From Clostridia bacterium (GTDB lineage: Bacteria > Bacillota > Clostridia > Oscillospirales > Acutalibacteraceae): DNA of 64,000 nt. Position numbers and translations under genes: made by a program. Location: positions 8,768 through 72,767 of the forward strand of contig JAFQFY010000075.1 in the NCBI GenBank assembly GCA_017398485.1, given 5' to 3'. The notes under the pieces were generated by a model, which was not told the origin of the DNA, did not search any database, and was given only the letters and a program-made list of their open reading frames with translations. Below are positions 53,911 through 62,912 of this stretch, in pieces (positions within the stretch are counted from its first letter, which is position 1; every line of letters begins with the position of its first letter).

Positions 53911-53974
53911 AAAAACCTCCGGATTAAAGCGAAATTGCACCCACGGGCAAGCCCGTGGGCGCAATCTAAGCTTT

Positions 53975-54331
53975 TTATTTCAGGGCAGCCTTGGCCTGCT
54001 CCGCGAGCGCGGCAAACGCGGCCGCATCCGACACCGCCAGCTCAGCGAGCATCTTGCGGTTGAGGGTCACGCCGGCCTTTTTCAGACCGTTCATGAAGGT
54101 GGAGTAGTTCATGCCGTTGATTTTGGCAGCGGCGTTGATACGGGCGATCCACAGGCGGCGGAAATCACGCTTACGCTGCTTGCGGCCGATATACGCATAC
54201 TGACCGGATTTCATGACCGCTTCCTTGGCGGTCTTGAAGAGCTTGGACTTGGCACCGAAGTAGCCTTTCGCCAGCTTGAGAACTTTCTTTCTTCTTTTGC
54301 GCGTCATCATAGCGCCTTTAATACGAGCCAT
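53975..54331 (-). CDS. rplT: 50S ribosomal protein L20
   Basis: [33 protein letters not shown]... Confidence 0.97.
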   Translation of the reverse strand: MARIKGAMMTRKRRKKVLKLAKGYFGAKSKLFKTAKEAVMKSGQYAYIGRKQRKRDFRRLWIARINAAAKINGMNYSTFMNGLKKAGVTLNRKMLAELAVSDAAAFAALAEQAKAALK

Positions 54332-54356
54332 TTTCTTTACCTCCGTCTCTCATCAA

Positions 54357-54554
54357 TTATTTGTAGGGGATCATGCGCTTGATGGCAGCCAAGTTGGTCT
54401 TATCGGCCGTGGCAGTCTTACGCAGGTTTCTCTTACGCTTGGTGGTCTTCTTGTTCAGGATGTGAGACTTGAAAGCATGACCACGGATGGCCTTGCCGGT
54501 CTTGCTGAGCTTAAAACGCTTTTTCGCACCGCTGTGCGTCTTGATCTTAGGCAT
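54357..54554 (-). CDS. rpmI: 50S ribosomal protein L35
   Basis: [21 protein letters not shown]... Confidence 0.97.
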   Translation of the reverse strand: MPKIKTHSGAKKRFKLSKTGKAIRGHAFKSHILNKKTTKRKRNLRKTATADKTNLAAIKRMIPYK

Positions 54555-54625
54555 ATTACATGTCCTCCTTAATTTTTTGTGTCAACAGGCTTTCGCCCGA
54601 ACGCAACGAATGAATGGTTTACGGC

Positions 54626-55144
54626 TTATTTCGCCGTTTTGGGAGCGAGGAACATCAGCATGTTCCGACCCTCGAGCTTAGCAGGCTTCTCGATGTTGGA
54701 AACCTCGGCACACGCCTCGGCAAAGCGGCGCATGGATTCCAGGCCCATCTCGGGATGGCCCATCTCGCGACCGCGGAAGCGGATGCTGACCTTGACCTTG
54801 TCGCCGTGTTGCAGGAACTTGGTCGCCTGCGAGACCTTAGTGTTGAAGTCACCGACGTCGGTGTTCAGACCCAAGCGCACCTCTTTGATGTCCACGACGC
54901 GCTGGTTCTTACGCGCTTCCTTTTCTTTCTTCGCCTGTTCGAAGCGGTATTTGCCGTAATCCATGATGCGGCATACCGGCGGCGTAGCGGTGGGCGCGAT
55001 CTTCACAAGGTCGAGACCGGCTTCATCTGCCAGGTTTTGCGCCTCGCGCGCCGACATCACGCCCAACTGGGCACCGTCTGCACCGATGACGCGCAACTCG
55101 TTGTCACGAATTTGCTCGTTGATCTGCATTTCTTTCTTCGCTAT
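54626..55144 (-). CDS. infC: translation initiation factor IF-3, probable non-AUG (AUA) start
   Basis: 'INEQIRDNELRVIGADG' IF-3 N-terminus. GGGAGGTG SD lies 7 nt before in-frame ATA 55144 but 22 nt before the first ATG (55129). Confidence 0.9.
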   Translation of the reverse strand: MAKKEMQINEQIRDNELRVIGADGAQLGVMSAREAQNLADEAGLDLVKIAPTATPPVCRIMDYGKYRFEQAKKEKEARKNQRVVDIKEVRLGLNTDVGDFNTKVSQATKFLQHGDKVKVSIRFRGREMGHPEMGLESMRRFAEACAEVSNIEKPAKLEGRNMLMFLAPKTAK

Positions 55145-55300
55145 GGTGAAACACCTCCCGTTTCTCTATAACAAAAAAGCGGACAGCCGCGCTGTCCGCA
55201 CACACAGAAATCCCACCCATCACGGCAGGTACAATCTCTGTATCAACCCTTCGGAACGGTATCCTGGGGTGAGAACGGACAAACGCTCTGCTTTGTTTTC
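55145..55300 (-). promoter_or_regulatory. L20-leader-type transcription attenuator upstream of infC-rpmI-rplT
   Basis: About 155-nt leader behind the promoter at 55307-55335, ending in hairpin GCGGACAGCGCGGCTGTCCGC plus T6 (55173-55199) just before the infC SD. Same layout as the Firmicutes L20 leader. Confidence 0.6.
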
Positions 55301-55306
55301 TCGAAG

Positions 55307-55335
55307 ATTATATCAGCCTTTGCCGTTCCTGTCAA
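55307..55335 (-). promoter_or_regulatory. consensus promoter TTGACA-17-TATAAT for the infC operon
   Basis: -35 is complementary to 55330-55335 and -10 to 55307-55312, with an exact 17-nt spacer. Confidence 0.65.
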
Positions 55336-55353
55336 GTGGTTTTTTCAATTTTT

Positions 55354-55944
55354 TTAATTTTCGGGATGCCAAAAGATAAGCGCGATCGCGTAGCCGCTGA
55401 CGATAAGCAGGGTGCCGTTGCCGCGCCCCGACAAAACCAACCAAAACGCCACCACCGCGAGCGGCAACAGCACGACGGCAGACAGCACGCGTATCAAACA
55501 CGGTGCTGTTCGCTCGCGTCCTGTCATACACAACAGACAATACATCACCTGTCCTCCGTCAAGCGCCGACGCCGGCAGCAGATTAAACGCCGCGAGCACC
55601 GCGTGTACCACCGCCGCCTGTCGACAGCCGAGCGCCCACAAAAGCGGTGCGGCGAGCAGGTTGACGGTCGGCCCGGCGAGCGAGATGAGGATGTTGCGCC
55701 GATAGCCGACCATCCGCCGCGCGCCCATCTCGATGCGCATACCAAACGCGCCGAGGGTGCAGGCGTGCGGCGGACAACCGAGCATAAGCATCGCCAGCAG
55801 ATGCCCTGCCTCATGCATTGCCGAAGCGATCACACAAGACACCGCCGGCGAGTCGGCCCGCGCGAGCAACAGGGCCGAAAGCAACGCCGGAAACAGCAAA
55901 CTCACGCGAAAGCGAACGCCGCACAGCGTCTTTTCCAGCATCAT
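55354..55944 (-). CDS. M50-family site-2 metalloprotease (SpoIVFB-like)
   Basis: Polytopic membrane protein with 'HEAGH' in a TM segment and 'NLLPASALDGG', the second M50 motif. Confidence 0.8.
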   Translation of the reverse strand: MMLEKTLCGVRFRVSLLFPALLSALLLARADSPAVSCVIASAMHEAGHLLAMLMLGCPPHACTLGAFGMRIEMGARRMVGYRRNILISLAGPTVNLLAAPLLWALGCRQAAVVHAVLAAFNLLPASALDGGQVMYCLLCMTGRERTAPCLIRVLSAVVLLPLAVVAFWLVLSGRGNGTLLIVSGYAIALIFWHPEN

Positions 55945-55947
55945 GCG

Positions 55948-56397
55948 TCACGGCGACCGCCCGACCGTCGTGGTCGAGGTGGTCGAAGACGCGGCGGTAG
56001 CGGTGGTAGCGGTGGTCGAGGTCGCATCGGGTGAAGTCGTCGTGGTTGAAGGCGCAGTGGTAGCGGTGGTTGAAGGCACCTCATCTTCTTCCAGCGGATC
56101 CGATGAGACCGCATCCAACGGGTCGCCGTCCCATATACGGGCAAGCACCGCAACCAGATCGTTTCGCATCATCCCGTCGGCAAAGCCGCGGCGCAACGCC
56201 TCGAACGGCGCGCCGCCCGCCGCGCGTGCGAGCAGGGCGAGCAGCAGGATCACCACGCAGGCGATACTCTGCACCGCCAGCACCGACCAGCCACCCGATG
56301 CCGATCTCTTCTCTTTTTCGGGCGGCTTCGCCTGCGCTTGTGCCTGTGCGCGTTGTTCGGCACGCGCCATGGCGGCCTGTATGTCGTGTTTTACCAT
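55948..56397 (-). CDS. membrane protein with Thr-rich C-terminal tail, unknown function
   Basis: One TM helix ('WSVLAVQSIACVVILLLALLA'). Low-complexity tail 'TTATTAPSTTTTSPDATSTTATTATAASSTTSTTT'. Only 3 nt from the M50 gene. Confidence 0.55.
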   Translation of the reverse strand: MVKHDIQAAMARAEQRAQAQAQAKPPEKEKRSASGGWSVLAVQSIACVVILLLALLARAAGGAPFEALRRGFADGMMRNDLVAVLARIWDGDPLDAVSSDPLEEDEVPSTTATTAPSTTTTSPDATSTTATTATAASSTTSTTTVGRSP

Positions 56398-56410
56398 AAT
56401 GTGATCACCC

Positions 56411-57892
56411 TTATACGATGATGCAGATCAGACCGTTACAGCCCTCGTTAATAATACGCTCGACCGTTTCTTTGAGCTTTTGCCGCGCATCCTCCGGCAT
56501 ATGATGAAGCTTGTTATGCAACCCCTCATTGACCAACCCGTACAGTGAGGTGCCGAAAATATTAGACTCCCAGATGCGTCCCGGCTCCTCCTCGAACTGT
56601 CCGAGCAGATAGCTGACCAGTTCCTCGCTCTGCCGCTCCGAGCCGACGATGGGACTGACCTCGGTGGTGATCTGTGCCTTCATCATGTGGATGGATGGCG
56701 CGGCGGCGCGCAAGCGAACGCCGTAGCGGCCGCTTTGACGAATGATCTCCGGCTCTTCGAGGGACATCTCCTCCATCTCGGGCATCACGATGCCGTAGCC
56801 GGTCGCCTCGACCTGTTCGAGCGCGCCGCGGATCTTCTCATATTGTCGGCAGGTCTGCGCCATTTCCAGCATGCGCGCCATAAGCACGCCCTCGTCGGCG
56901 ATATCCATGCCGGTGACTTCACCGAGGATCTGATAGAATAACTGCGGTTGCATCACCACCGTCACGGTGGCAACGCCGCTGCCCAGATCAATGCGTTCGG
57001 TCGCCGCTGTGTCGACGTAGTCGCACGCACACAACGCCTCAGCGAACGCGACGGTGTCGCTGACGCGCTCGACCTTGTGCGCCGCACCGCGCACCGTGCG
57101 CGTCAGCGCCGCGCGCACGGGGTGGGTACGATCGAGCCGCATCACCCAGCGCGGCAACGCCACCCCGATCTCTTTGATGGGGAATTGGGACAGCAACGCC
57201 GCGAGCATTGCCTGCATCTCGGCGGCAGACATATCGCGGCAGTTGACCGGCAACACCGGCACGCCGTATTGCTCCTGCAAGGATGCCGCGAGCGCTACCG
57301 TGGCGGCGGCGTGGGGATCAAGGGCATTGAGCAACACCGCAAAAGGCTTGTTGATCTCTTGCAGTTCGCGGATGACGCGCGCCTCCGCCTCGGCGTATTC
57401 CTCGCGCGGAATGTCAGTGATACTGCCGTCGGTGGTGATGACCAGACCGACGGTGGAATGCTCGTTGATGACGCGACGCGTGCCCTCCTCCGCCGCCATG
57501 TTGAACGGGATCTCCTCGTCATACCACGGTGTCTTGACCATACGCGGCTGTTCATCCTCGATATAACCGAGAGCCGACGGCACGATATATCCGACGCAGT
57601 CGATGAGCCGCACGCGCATATTCGTCACCCCGTCGGGCGACACCTCCGCCGCCTGCTCGGGGATAAACTTCGGCTCGGTGGTCATGATGGTGCGTCCTGC
57701 CGCCGACTGCGGCAGTTCGTCGTTCGCTCGCTCGCGGCGATACCCGTCCGTCATATTCGGAATGACCAGCGTATCCATAAACCGTTTAATAAAGGTGGAT
57801 TTTCCGGTTCGCACCGGACCCACCACGCCCAGATAAATATCGCCTCCGGTGCGCGCCGCGATATCCTGATATAAGCTGTTCGTTGCTTCCAT
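56411..57892 (-). CDS. spoIVA: stage IV sporulation protein A
   Basis: 'LYQDIAARTGGDIYLGVVGPVRTGKSTFIKRFMD' is colinear with the B. subtilis SpoIVA N-terminus. ATG 57892 lies 8 nt after GGAGG. Confidence 0.93.
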   Translation of the reverse strand: MEATNSLYQDIAARTGGDIYLGVVGPVRTGKSTFIKRFMDTLVIPNMTDGYRRERANDELPQSAAGRTIMTTEPKFIPEQAAEVSPDGVTNMRVRLIDCVGYIVPSALGYIEDEQPRMVKTPWYDEEIPFNMAAEEGTRRVINEHSTVGLVITTDGSITDIPREEYAEAEARVIRELQEINKPFAVLLNALDPHAAATVALAASLQEQYGVPVLPVNCRDMSAAEMQAMLAALLSQFPIKEIGVALPRWVMRLDRTHPVRAALTRTVRGAAHKVERVSDTVAFAEALCACDYVDTAATERIDLGSGVATVTVVMQPQLFYQILGEVTGMDIADEGVLMARMLEMAQTCRQYEKIRGALEQVEATGYGIVMPEMEEMSLEEPEIIRQSGRYGVRLRAAAPSIHMMKAQITTEVSPIVGSERQSEELVSYLLGQFEEEPGRIWESNIFGTSLYGLVNEGLHNKLHHMPEDARQKLKETVERIINEGCNGLICIIV

Positions 57893-57996
57893 TGTCATTG
57901 CCTCCACTCGTTATCGTGTTTGTACAAGAGTATGTGCACGGCGGCGGTTTTATGACAAGCAAAAAGACCGACGAGAAACTCTCGTCGGTCTTTGTT

Positions 57997-59100
57997 TTAC
58001 GATGGGAACGGCCACCAAGACGGTCGCGTGCGCAGACATTTCAGCTTGATCCACAGATCCTTTTGTAATTTAAGCGTTTTGTCGTCAAGGGTGATGAACA
58101 CCTCCGTCTTATCCAACACTTCCTCGTCGGGATAGAACATCGGGTCGTTTACCACCTCGGGATCGAGCAATTCCAGTGCCTCGGTGTGCGGCGTGGAATA
58201 GCAGATATACTCCGCGTTTGCCACCGCCACGTCGGTGCGACACATGAAGTTGATGTACTGCTCGGCTTCTTTTTGGTGCTTGGTGGTGGCAAGCACACAC
58301 ATGGCGTCGACGAACAGGTTCGTGCCCTGATGCGGCACGAAATAGCCGATATCCTCGTTGCCGTCGTCGCCGGTGATCATGTTGGCTCCGTCGCCCGAAT
58401 AATACGGCGCGAGCCACCCTTCCTCGTTGGTCATTTTCTGGAACACCTGGTCCATAAAATAGCCCTGCACGAGCGGCTTTTGCTCGGCGAGCGCGTCGTA
58501 CGCCGCTTTCCATTCCGCCGGGTTGGTGGTGTTCATGGAATAGCCGAGTTTTTTCAGCGCGATCATAAAGGAGTCGCGCGCGTTGTCGAACATAAAGATC
58601 TTGCCGGCGTATTTCTCGTTCCACAGGATATCCCAGCCCTGTGCGAGATCCGCTTCGTCAACGTATTTCTTATTGTAGAAGATGCCCACCGTACCCCAGG
58701 TATAAGGAACGGAATATTCGTTGTTGGGATCGTATTCGAGACCCTTGTGCACCTCGTCGATATACTTATAGTTCGGAATGTTGTCAAAATTGAGCTTGGC
58801 AAGCATCCCTTCCTGTATCATCTTACCGATCATGTAATCCGACGGAATGACCACGTCGTATTCTGCGGCGCCGGATTCGAGCAGGGTGTACATCGACTCG
58901 TTGCTTTCAAAGGTCTTATAATTGATCTTAATACCGGTTTCTTGTTCGAACAGGGCGTTGACGTCGAGTATCTCGTCGTCGATGTATTCGCCCCAGTTAT
59001 ACACGTTCAGCGTCACTGTTTCTTTGGTCGGTTGTACGTCGCAGCCGCCGAAGGCACCGCACACAACGCAAACCGCCAGCAAACAGGCCAGTTTTTTCAA
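57997..59100 (-). CDS. potD: spermidine/putrescine ABC transporter substrate-binding lipoprotein
   Basis: Lipobox 'AFGGC', PotD-like periplasmic binding fold, last gene of the potABCD order. Confidence 0.88.
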   Translation of the reverse strand: MKKLACLLAVCVVCGAFGGCDVQPTKETVTLNVYNWGEYIDDEILDVNALFEQETGIKINYKTFESNESMYTLLESGAAEYDVVIPSDYMIGKMIQEGMLAKLNFDNIPNYKYIDEVHKGLEYDPNNEYSVPYTWGTVGIFYNKKYVDEADLAQGWDILWNEKYAGKIFMFDNARDSFMIALKKLGYSMNTTNPAEWKAAYDALAEQKPLVQGYFMDQVFQKMTNEEGWLAPYYSGDGANMITGDDGNEDIGYFVPHQGTNLFVDAMCVLATTKHQKEAEQYINFMCRTDVAVANAEYICYSTPHTEALELLDPEVVNDPMFYPDEEVLDKTEVFITLDDKTLKLQKDLWIKLKCLRTRPSWWPFPS

Positions 59101-59104
59101 CGCC

Positions 59105-59905
59105 CTATCTCCTTTCCTTTTGCTTTTTGAGATCCCGCACTTGACGCGCGTTCACGATAACCAGCAGGATCAACACGCTGCCGAACATCAGCGTCGACAG
59201 TGCGTTGACCTCAGGGGTAACCGGTTTTTTGGTCATGGAATAGATGGTGACCGACAGATTTTGTGCGGTCGAGCCGGAATTAAAGTAGCTGATGACGAAG
59301 TCGTCCAGCGACATGGTGAACGCCATGAGCGCGCCGGTGATGACACCGGGCATGATCTCGGGCAGTACCACCTTAAAGAACGCCGCAAACGGCGTACAGC
59401 CGAGGTCGAGCGCCGCCTCGTACATGTGCTTGTTCATCTGGCGCAATTTCGGCATCACCTGCAACACCACGTAGGGTATGCAGAAGGTGATGTGCGCGAT
59501 GAGCAGCGTCGCGAAGCCGGGCTGCAGCAGTCCGGTCGCGCGATAGATCGCCACGAACATCAGCATCATGGAGATACCGGTGACGATCTCGGGATTGACC
59601 ATGGGAATGTTGTTAAGCGACTCCATCGCGCGGCGAAGGCGACCGTTCATATTAAAAATGCCGACCGCCGCCATCGTGCCGATGACGGTGGAGATGATCG
59701 CGGCAAGCACCGCGATCTGCAGAGTAACCGCCAGGGATTCCAAGATCAATTCGTTGCTGAACAGATCGCGATACCAGTCGAGCGTGAAGCCGCCCCACTG
59801 CACGCGGTTTTTGGAATCGTTGAAGGAATAGACGATAAGCACCACGATCGGTGCATACAGGAAGGTAAAGATAATGCCGTTGTAGATCTTGGAGAGAGTC
59901 TTCAT
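59105..59905 (-). CDS. potC: spermidine/putrescine ABC transporter permease PotC
   Basis: Six TM helices with EAA loop 'YEAALDLGCTPFAAFFKVVLP'. Confidence 0.88.
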   Translation of the reverse strand: MKTLSKIYNGIIFTFLYAPIVVLIVYSFNDSKNRVQWGGFTLDWYRDLFSNELILESLAVTLQIAVLAAIISTVIGTMAAVGIFNMNGRLRRAMESLNNIPMVNPEIVTGISMMLMFVAIYRATGLLQPGFATLLIAHITFCIPYVVLQVMPKLRQMNKHMYEAALDLGCTPFAAFFKVVLPEIMPGVITGALMAFTMSLDDFVISYFNSGSTAQNLSVTIYSMTKKPVTPEVNALSTLMFGSVLILLVIVNARQVRDLKKQKERR

Positions 59906-60717
59906 GCCATCATACCTCCCAACTCGTCCTCGCCGTTGTCAACACGGCGCATGAGGGACATACAGATGAGCATGAGCACCATCAGCACCAGCGACAGTGC
60001 CGCGCCCACGTTGTAGTTGCAGCCGTCGCCCATGAACATGGACTCAATGACGTCACCGATCATCATATATTTACTTCCGCCGAGCAGCTTGGAGATAACG
60101 AAGGTACTCACCGCCGGCACGAACACCATCGTCACACCGGACACAATGCCGGGCGCACTCAACGGCAGAATAACGCGACGCAGGATCTGCCAGTTGTTCG
60201 AACCGAGGTCCTGCGCAGCCTCGATGACGCGGTTGTCCATCTTGGCCATGACGGAATACAGCGGCAGGATCATAAAGGGCAGGAAGTTATACACCATGCC
60301 CAGCACCACCGCCGCGTCGGTGTTAATAATGCTCCAATGCAGACCGATCTGACCGAGCAGGTGGTTGATCAGACCGTTTTCTTCCAGCAGGGACATCCAC
60401 GCATAGGTGCGAAGCAAAAAGTTCATCCACATAGGCAGCATCACGATCATGACCATGGTGCGCTGGACGTGCTCTGCTTTGCGCGCGATGCTCAGTGCCA
60501 GCGGATACGCCAGCACCAGGCAGATGACCGTCGCAAGTGCACCCATCCAAATGGAATCCACGTACGTGCCGCTGTACTGCCAGATCTCAGCTATATTGCG
60601 CAGAGTGAACGCTCCGTTTTCGTCGGTGAAGGCAAACCACAGCACGATGGCCATCGGCACGACGGTGAAAATGCCCATCCACACGGCAAAGGGAGCAGCA
60701 GACAGGCGTTTTTTCAT
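59902..60717 (-). CDS. potB: spermidine/putrescine ABC transporter permease PotB
   Basis: EAA loop '[21 protein letters not shown]'. Start '[10 protein letters not shown]' at 60717 overlaps the potA stop (ATGA); the ORF-track start 60912 lies inside potA. Confidence 0.88.
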   Translation of the reverse strand: MKKRLSAAPFAVWMGIFTVVPMAIVLWFAFTDENGAFTLRNIAEIWQYSGTYVDSIWMGALATVICLVLAYPLALSIARKAEHVQRTMVMIVMLPMWMNFLLRTYAWMSLLEENGLINHLLGQIGLHWSIINTDAAVVLGMVYNFLPFMILPLYSVMAKMDNRVIEAAQDLGSNNWQILRRVILPLSAPGIVSGVTMVFVPAVSTFVISKLLGGSKYMMIGDVIESMFMGDGCNYNVGAALSLVLMVLMLICMSLMRRVDNGEDELGGMMA

Positions 60718-61859
60718 TCCTCGCCCTCCCCGGCGTCCTCCGCCAAGCCGGCCTCGGGATCGCCCAGCTCGTCGAATTCCTCGGAATAGGAGCTGTAATC
60801 GCCGAACATACCCGAATATTCGGATTTCTTCATGATATGGATATCCTCGGGGTTGAGCACGATGCCGATGACCGAGCCGACCGGATAATAGTCGGTGGTC
60901 TGGATAAGCCATTTGAAGCCCTTGAAGTCCACGATGGTCTCGTAATGCACGCCCTTGAAGGTGACGTTGGTCACCTTTCCGGTGAGCGTACCCTTGACCG
61001 GCTCGACGATGTCGATATCTTCGGGGCGAATGACCACGTCCACCGGCTCATTCGGTTCAAAGCCGGCGTCCAGACAGCTGAACTGCCGACCGAAGAACTC
61101 AACGAGATAATCCTGAATCATCACGCCGTCGAGAATGTTACTCTCACCGATGAAATCCGCCACGAACGCGTTTTTCGGCTCGTTATAGATATCCTGCGGC
61201 GTGCCGATCTGCTGGATCTCACCGTTGTTCATAACCACGACGGTATCGGACATGGACAGCGCCTCTTCTTGGTCGTGAGTAACGTAGATAAAGCTGATGC
61301 CGAGGCTCTTTTGGATGTTTTTAAGCTCGGTCTGCATGTCCTTACGCAGTTTCAGATCCAGCGCGGCGAGCGGCTCGTCGAGCAGCAGAACGCGCGGATT
61401 GTTCGCCAACGCGCGCGCAATGGCGACGCGCTGCTGCTGACCGCCCGACAGCGTCGACACCGAGCGCTTTTCGAAACCGACGAGGTTGACGAGCTTCAAC
61501 ATACGCGCGACCGTCTCTTTGATCTCGTCGTTCGGCTTTTTCTGCACGCGCATACCGAACGCAACGTTTTCATATACATTCAAATGCGGAAACAGCGCGT
61601 AGCGTTGAAAGATGGTGTTGACCGTGCGCTTGTGCGCAGGCAGGTCATTGACGCGTTTTCCGTCAAAAAAAACATCGCCCTCGTCCGGCTCAACGAAACC
61701 GCCGATGATGCGCAACGTGGTGGTCTTGCCACAGCCCGAAGGACCCAGCAAGGTCACGAACTCGCCATCGGAAATGCTCAGATCGAGATTTTTGAGCACC
61801 GGCTCGCCGTCAAACGACACAGCAATGTTTTTCAGTTCGATAATTTTGTTTTCACCCAT
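60714..61859 (-). CDS. potA: spermidine/putrescine ABC transporter ATP-binding protein PotA
   Basis: Walker A 'GPSGCGKTT', '[15 protein letters not shown]', 'LLLDEPL' and a C-terminal TOBE-like domain with an acidic tail. Confidence 0.92.
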   Translation of the reverse strand: MGENKIIELKNIAVSFDGEPVLKNLDLSISDGEFVTLLGPSGCGKTTTLRIIGGFVEPDEGDVFFDGKRVNDLPAHKRTVNTIFQRYALFPHLNVYENVAFGMRVQKKPNDEIKETVARMLKLVNLVGFEKRSVSTLSGGQQQRVAIARALANNPRVLLLDEPLAALDLKLRKDMQTELKNIQKSLGISFIYVTHDQEEALSMSDTVVVMNNGEIQQIGTPQDIYNEPKNAFVADFIGESNILDGVMIQDYLVEFFGRQFSCLDAGFEPNEPVDVVIRPEDIDIVEPVKGTLTGKVTNVTFKGVHYETIVDFKGFKWLIQTTDYYPVGSVIGIVLNPEDIHIMKKSEYSGMFGDYSSYSEEFDELGDPEAGLAEDAGEGEE

Positions 61860-62033
61860 GGATATGCATCCCCCTTTGCGGTAATAAAGATCTCTGCCGA
61901 GACGGCAGGCGCATCCGCTGTGGCAACGCCCTCCGCAAAGGGTTTTTCACAGCCATCCGTCGGTGGCTGCGGCGCTGTTTGGCGGGTGCAGGAAACGTGC
62001 TTAGATGCATGCCTGTTTATAAGACAGGCAACA
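61860..62033 (-). promoter_or_regulatory. long structured 5' leader of potABCD with an SD-sequestering helix (unclassified cis-regulatory candidate)
   Basis: About 175 nt between the promoter (62040-62068) and the potA ATG. A perfect 10-bp pairing CCCUUUGCGG / CCGCAAAGGG has a 3' arm running into the SD (AAGGGGGA). Internal hairpins CUGCCG-ucu-CGGCAG and GCCUGU-cuuauaa-ACAGGC. Confidence 0.45.
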
Positions 62034-62039
62034 TTTATC

Positions 62040-62068
62040 AATATAGTGTCTATTAAGGGAATTGTCAA
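62040..62068 (-). promoter_or_regulatory. consensus-like promoter TTGACA-17-TATATT for potABCD
   Basis: -35 is complementary to 62063-62068 and -10 to 62040-62045, with an exact 17-nt spacer. Confidence 0.6.
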
Positions 62069-62206
62069 TATGATTTTTCGAAATCTACCCAAAATGCGAC
62101 AAAATTTACGCGATTTTCGCGGTTTATGGGAAATATTTCCCGTATTTCTCCTCGAATTCTCGCGTATACGCCGATAAAAAGACTTTTTCAACAGGAGGAA
62201 CGCCGT

Positions 62207-62896
62207 ATGCCGCAAAACCAAACCGATCCGGACGTCCAAAAGCGTATCGAGCAATACAGCCGCCAACTGCTCGACGCCTATCGACAGCGCACCGAAAATC
62301 CCACGCCGCTGACGCCATCGCCACCATCACCGCTACCGACGACACCCACCGTCGATGCCGCATGGCTGGAGGAAAACTTTCCCCTGCCGAACGTCGAGCG
62401 TGACCGTGCGGCGATCGCCGTCGCTGCGCCGCAACCACCCTCGGAGCCGTCAGCGCCTTCGCCTGACACCGAACAAACGCCCGATGGCGAGGCCCCGAAC
62501 ATCGGGGAGAGTCCGTACGTCGGCTATCTGCGCGTGTTCGTGTTTACGGGTCAGACCGCCGAACCGTTGCAGGACGCAAGCGTTACCGTCACGCGCCGTC
62601 AAGGCGAGCAGGAGATCCTGTTTGCCTCCGCCGTGACCGACGGCGACGGTTTTACTCCCGTCATCCCCCTGCCGTCGGTCGATCCGTTGCTGACCATGCA
62701 GCCCGGCAGCGTCGCGCCCTATGTCGCCTACGACATTCGCGTCAGCGTTCCCGGCTTTCAGACCACGCTGTACGAGAACGTACCGGTATACGGCAACAAC
62801 TACGTCACACAATCCGCCGCGATGTTGCCGCTGATTCCCGGGCAGGATCCCGACGCCGTGCGCATTTTCCGTTCCGGCGCGCCGACAAACCTGTAA
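62207..62896 (+). CDS. Pro-rich protein with C-terminal beta-sandwich-like (carboxypeptidase-regulatory-like) region, unknown function
   Basis: AGGAGGAA RBS before ATG 62207 ('MPQNQTDPD'). 'YLRVFVFTGQTAEPLQDASVTVT...TDGDGF' resembles CarboxypepD_reg-type repeats. Confidence 0.55.
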   Translation: MPQNQTDPDVQKRIEQYSRQLLDAYRQRTENPTPLTPSPPSPLPTTPTVDAAWLEENFPLPNVERDRAAIAVAAPQPPSEPSAPSPDTEQTPDGEAPNIGESPYVGYLRVFVFTGQTAEPLQDASVTVTRRQGEQEILFASAVTDGDGFTPVIPLPSVDPLLTMQPGSVAPYVAYDIRVSVPGFQTTLYENVPVYGNNYVTQSAAMLPLIPGQDPDAVRIFRSGAPTNL

Positions 62897-62912
62897 AGGA
62901 GAGAAACTTCAC

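Noticed and set aside
60837-62177. 446-aa plus-strand ORF across potA and its leader
   Set aside because: It is antisense to potA, which has full ABC ATPase motifs, and has no independent signals.
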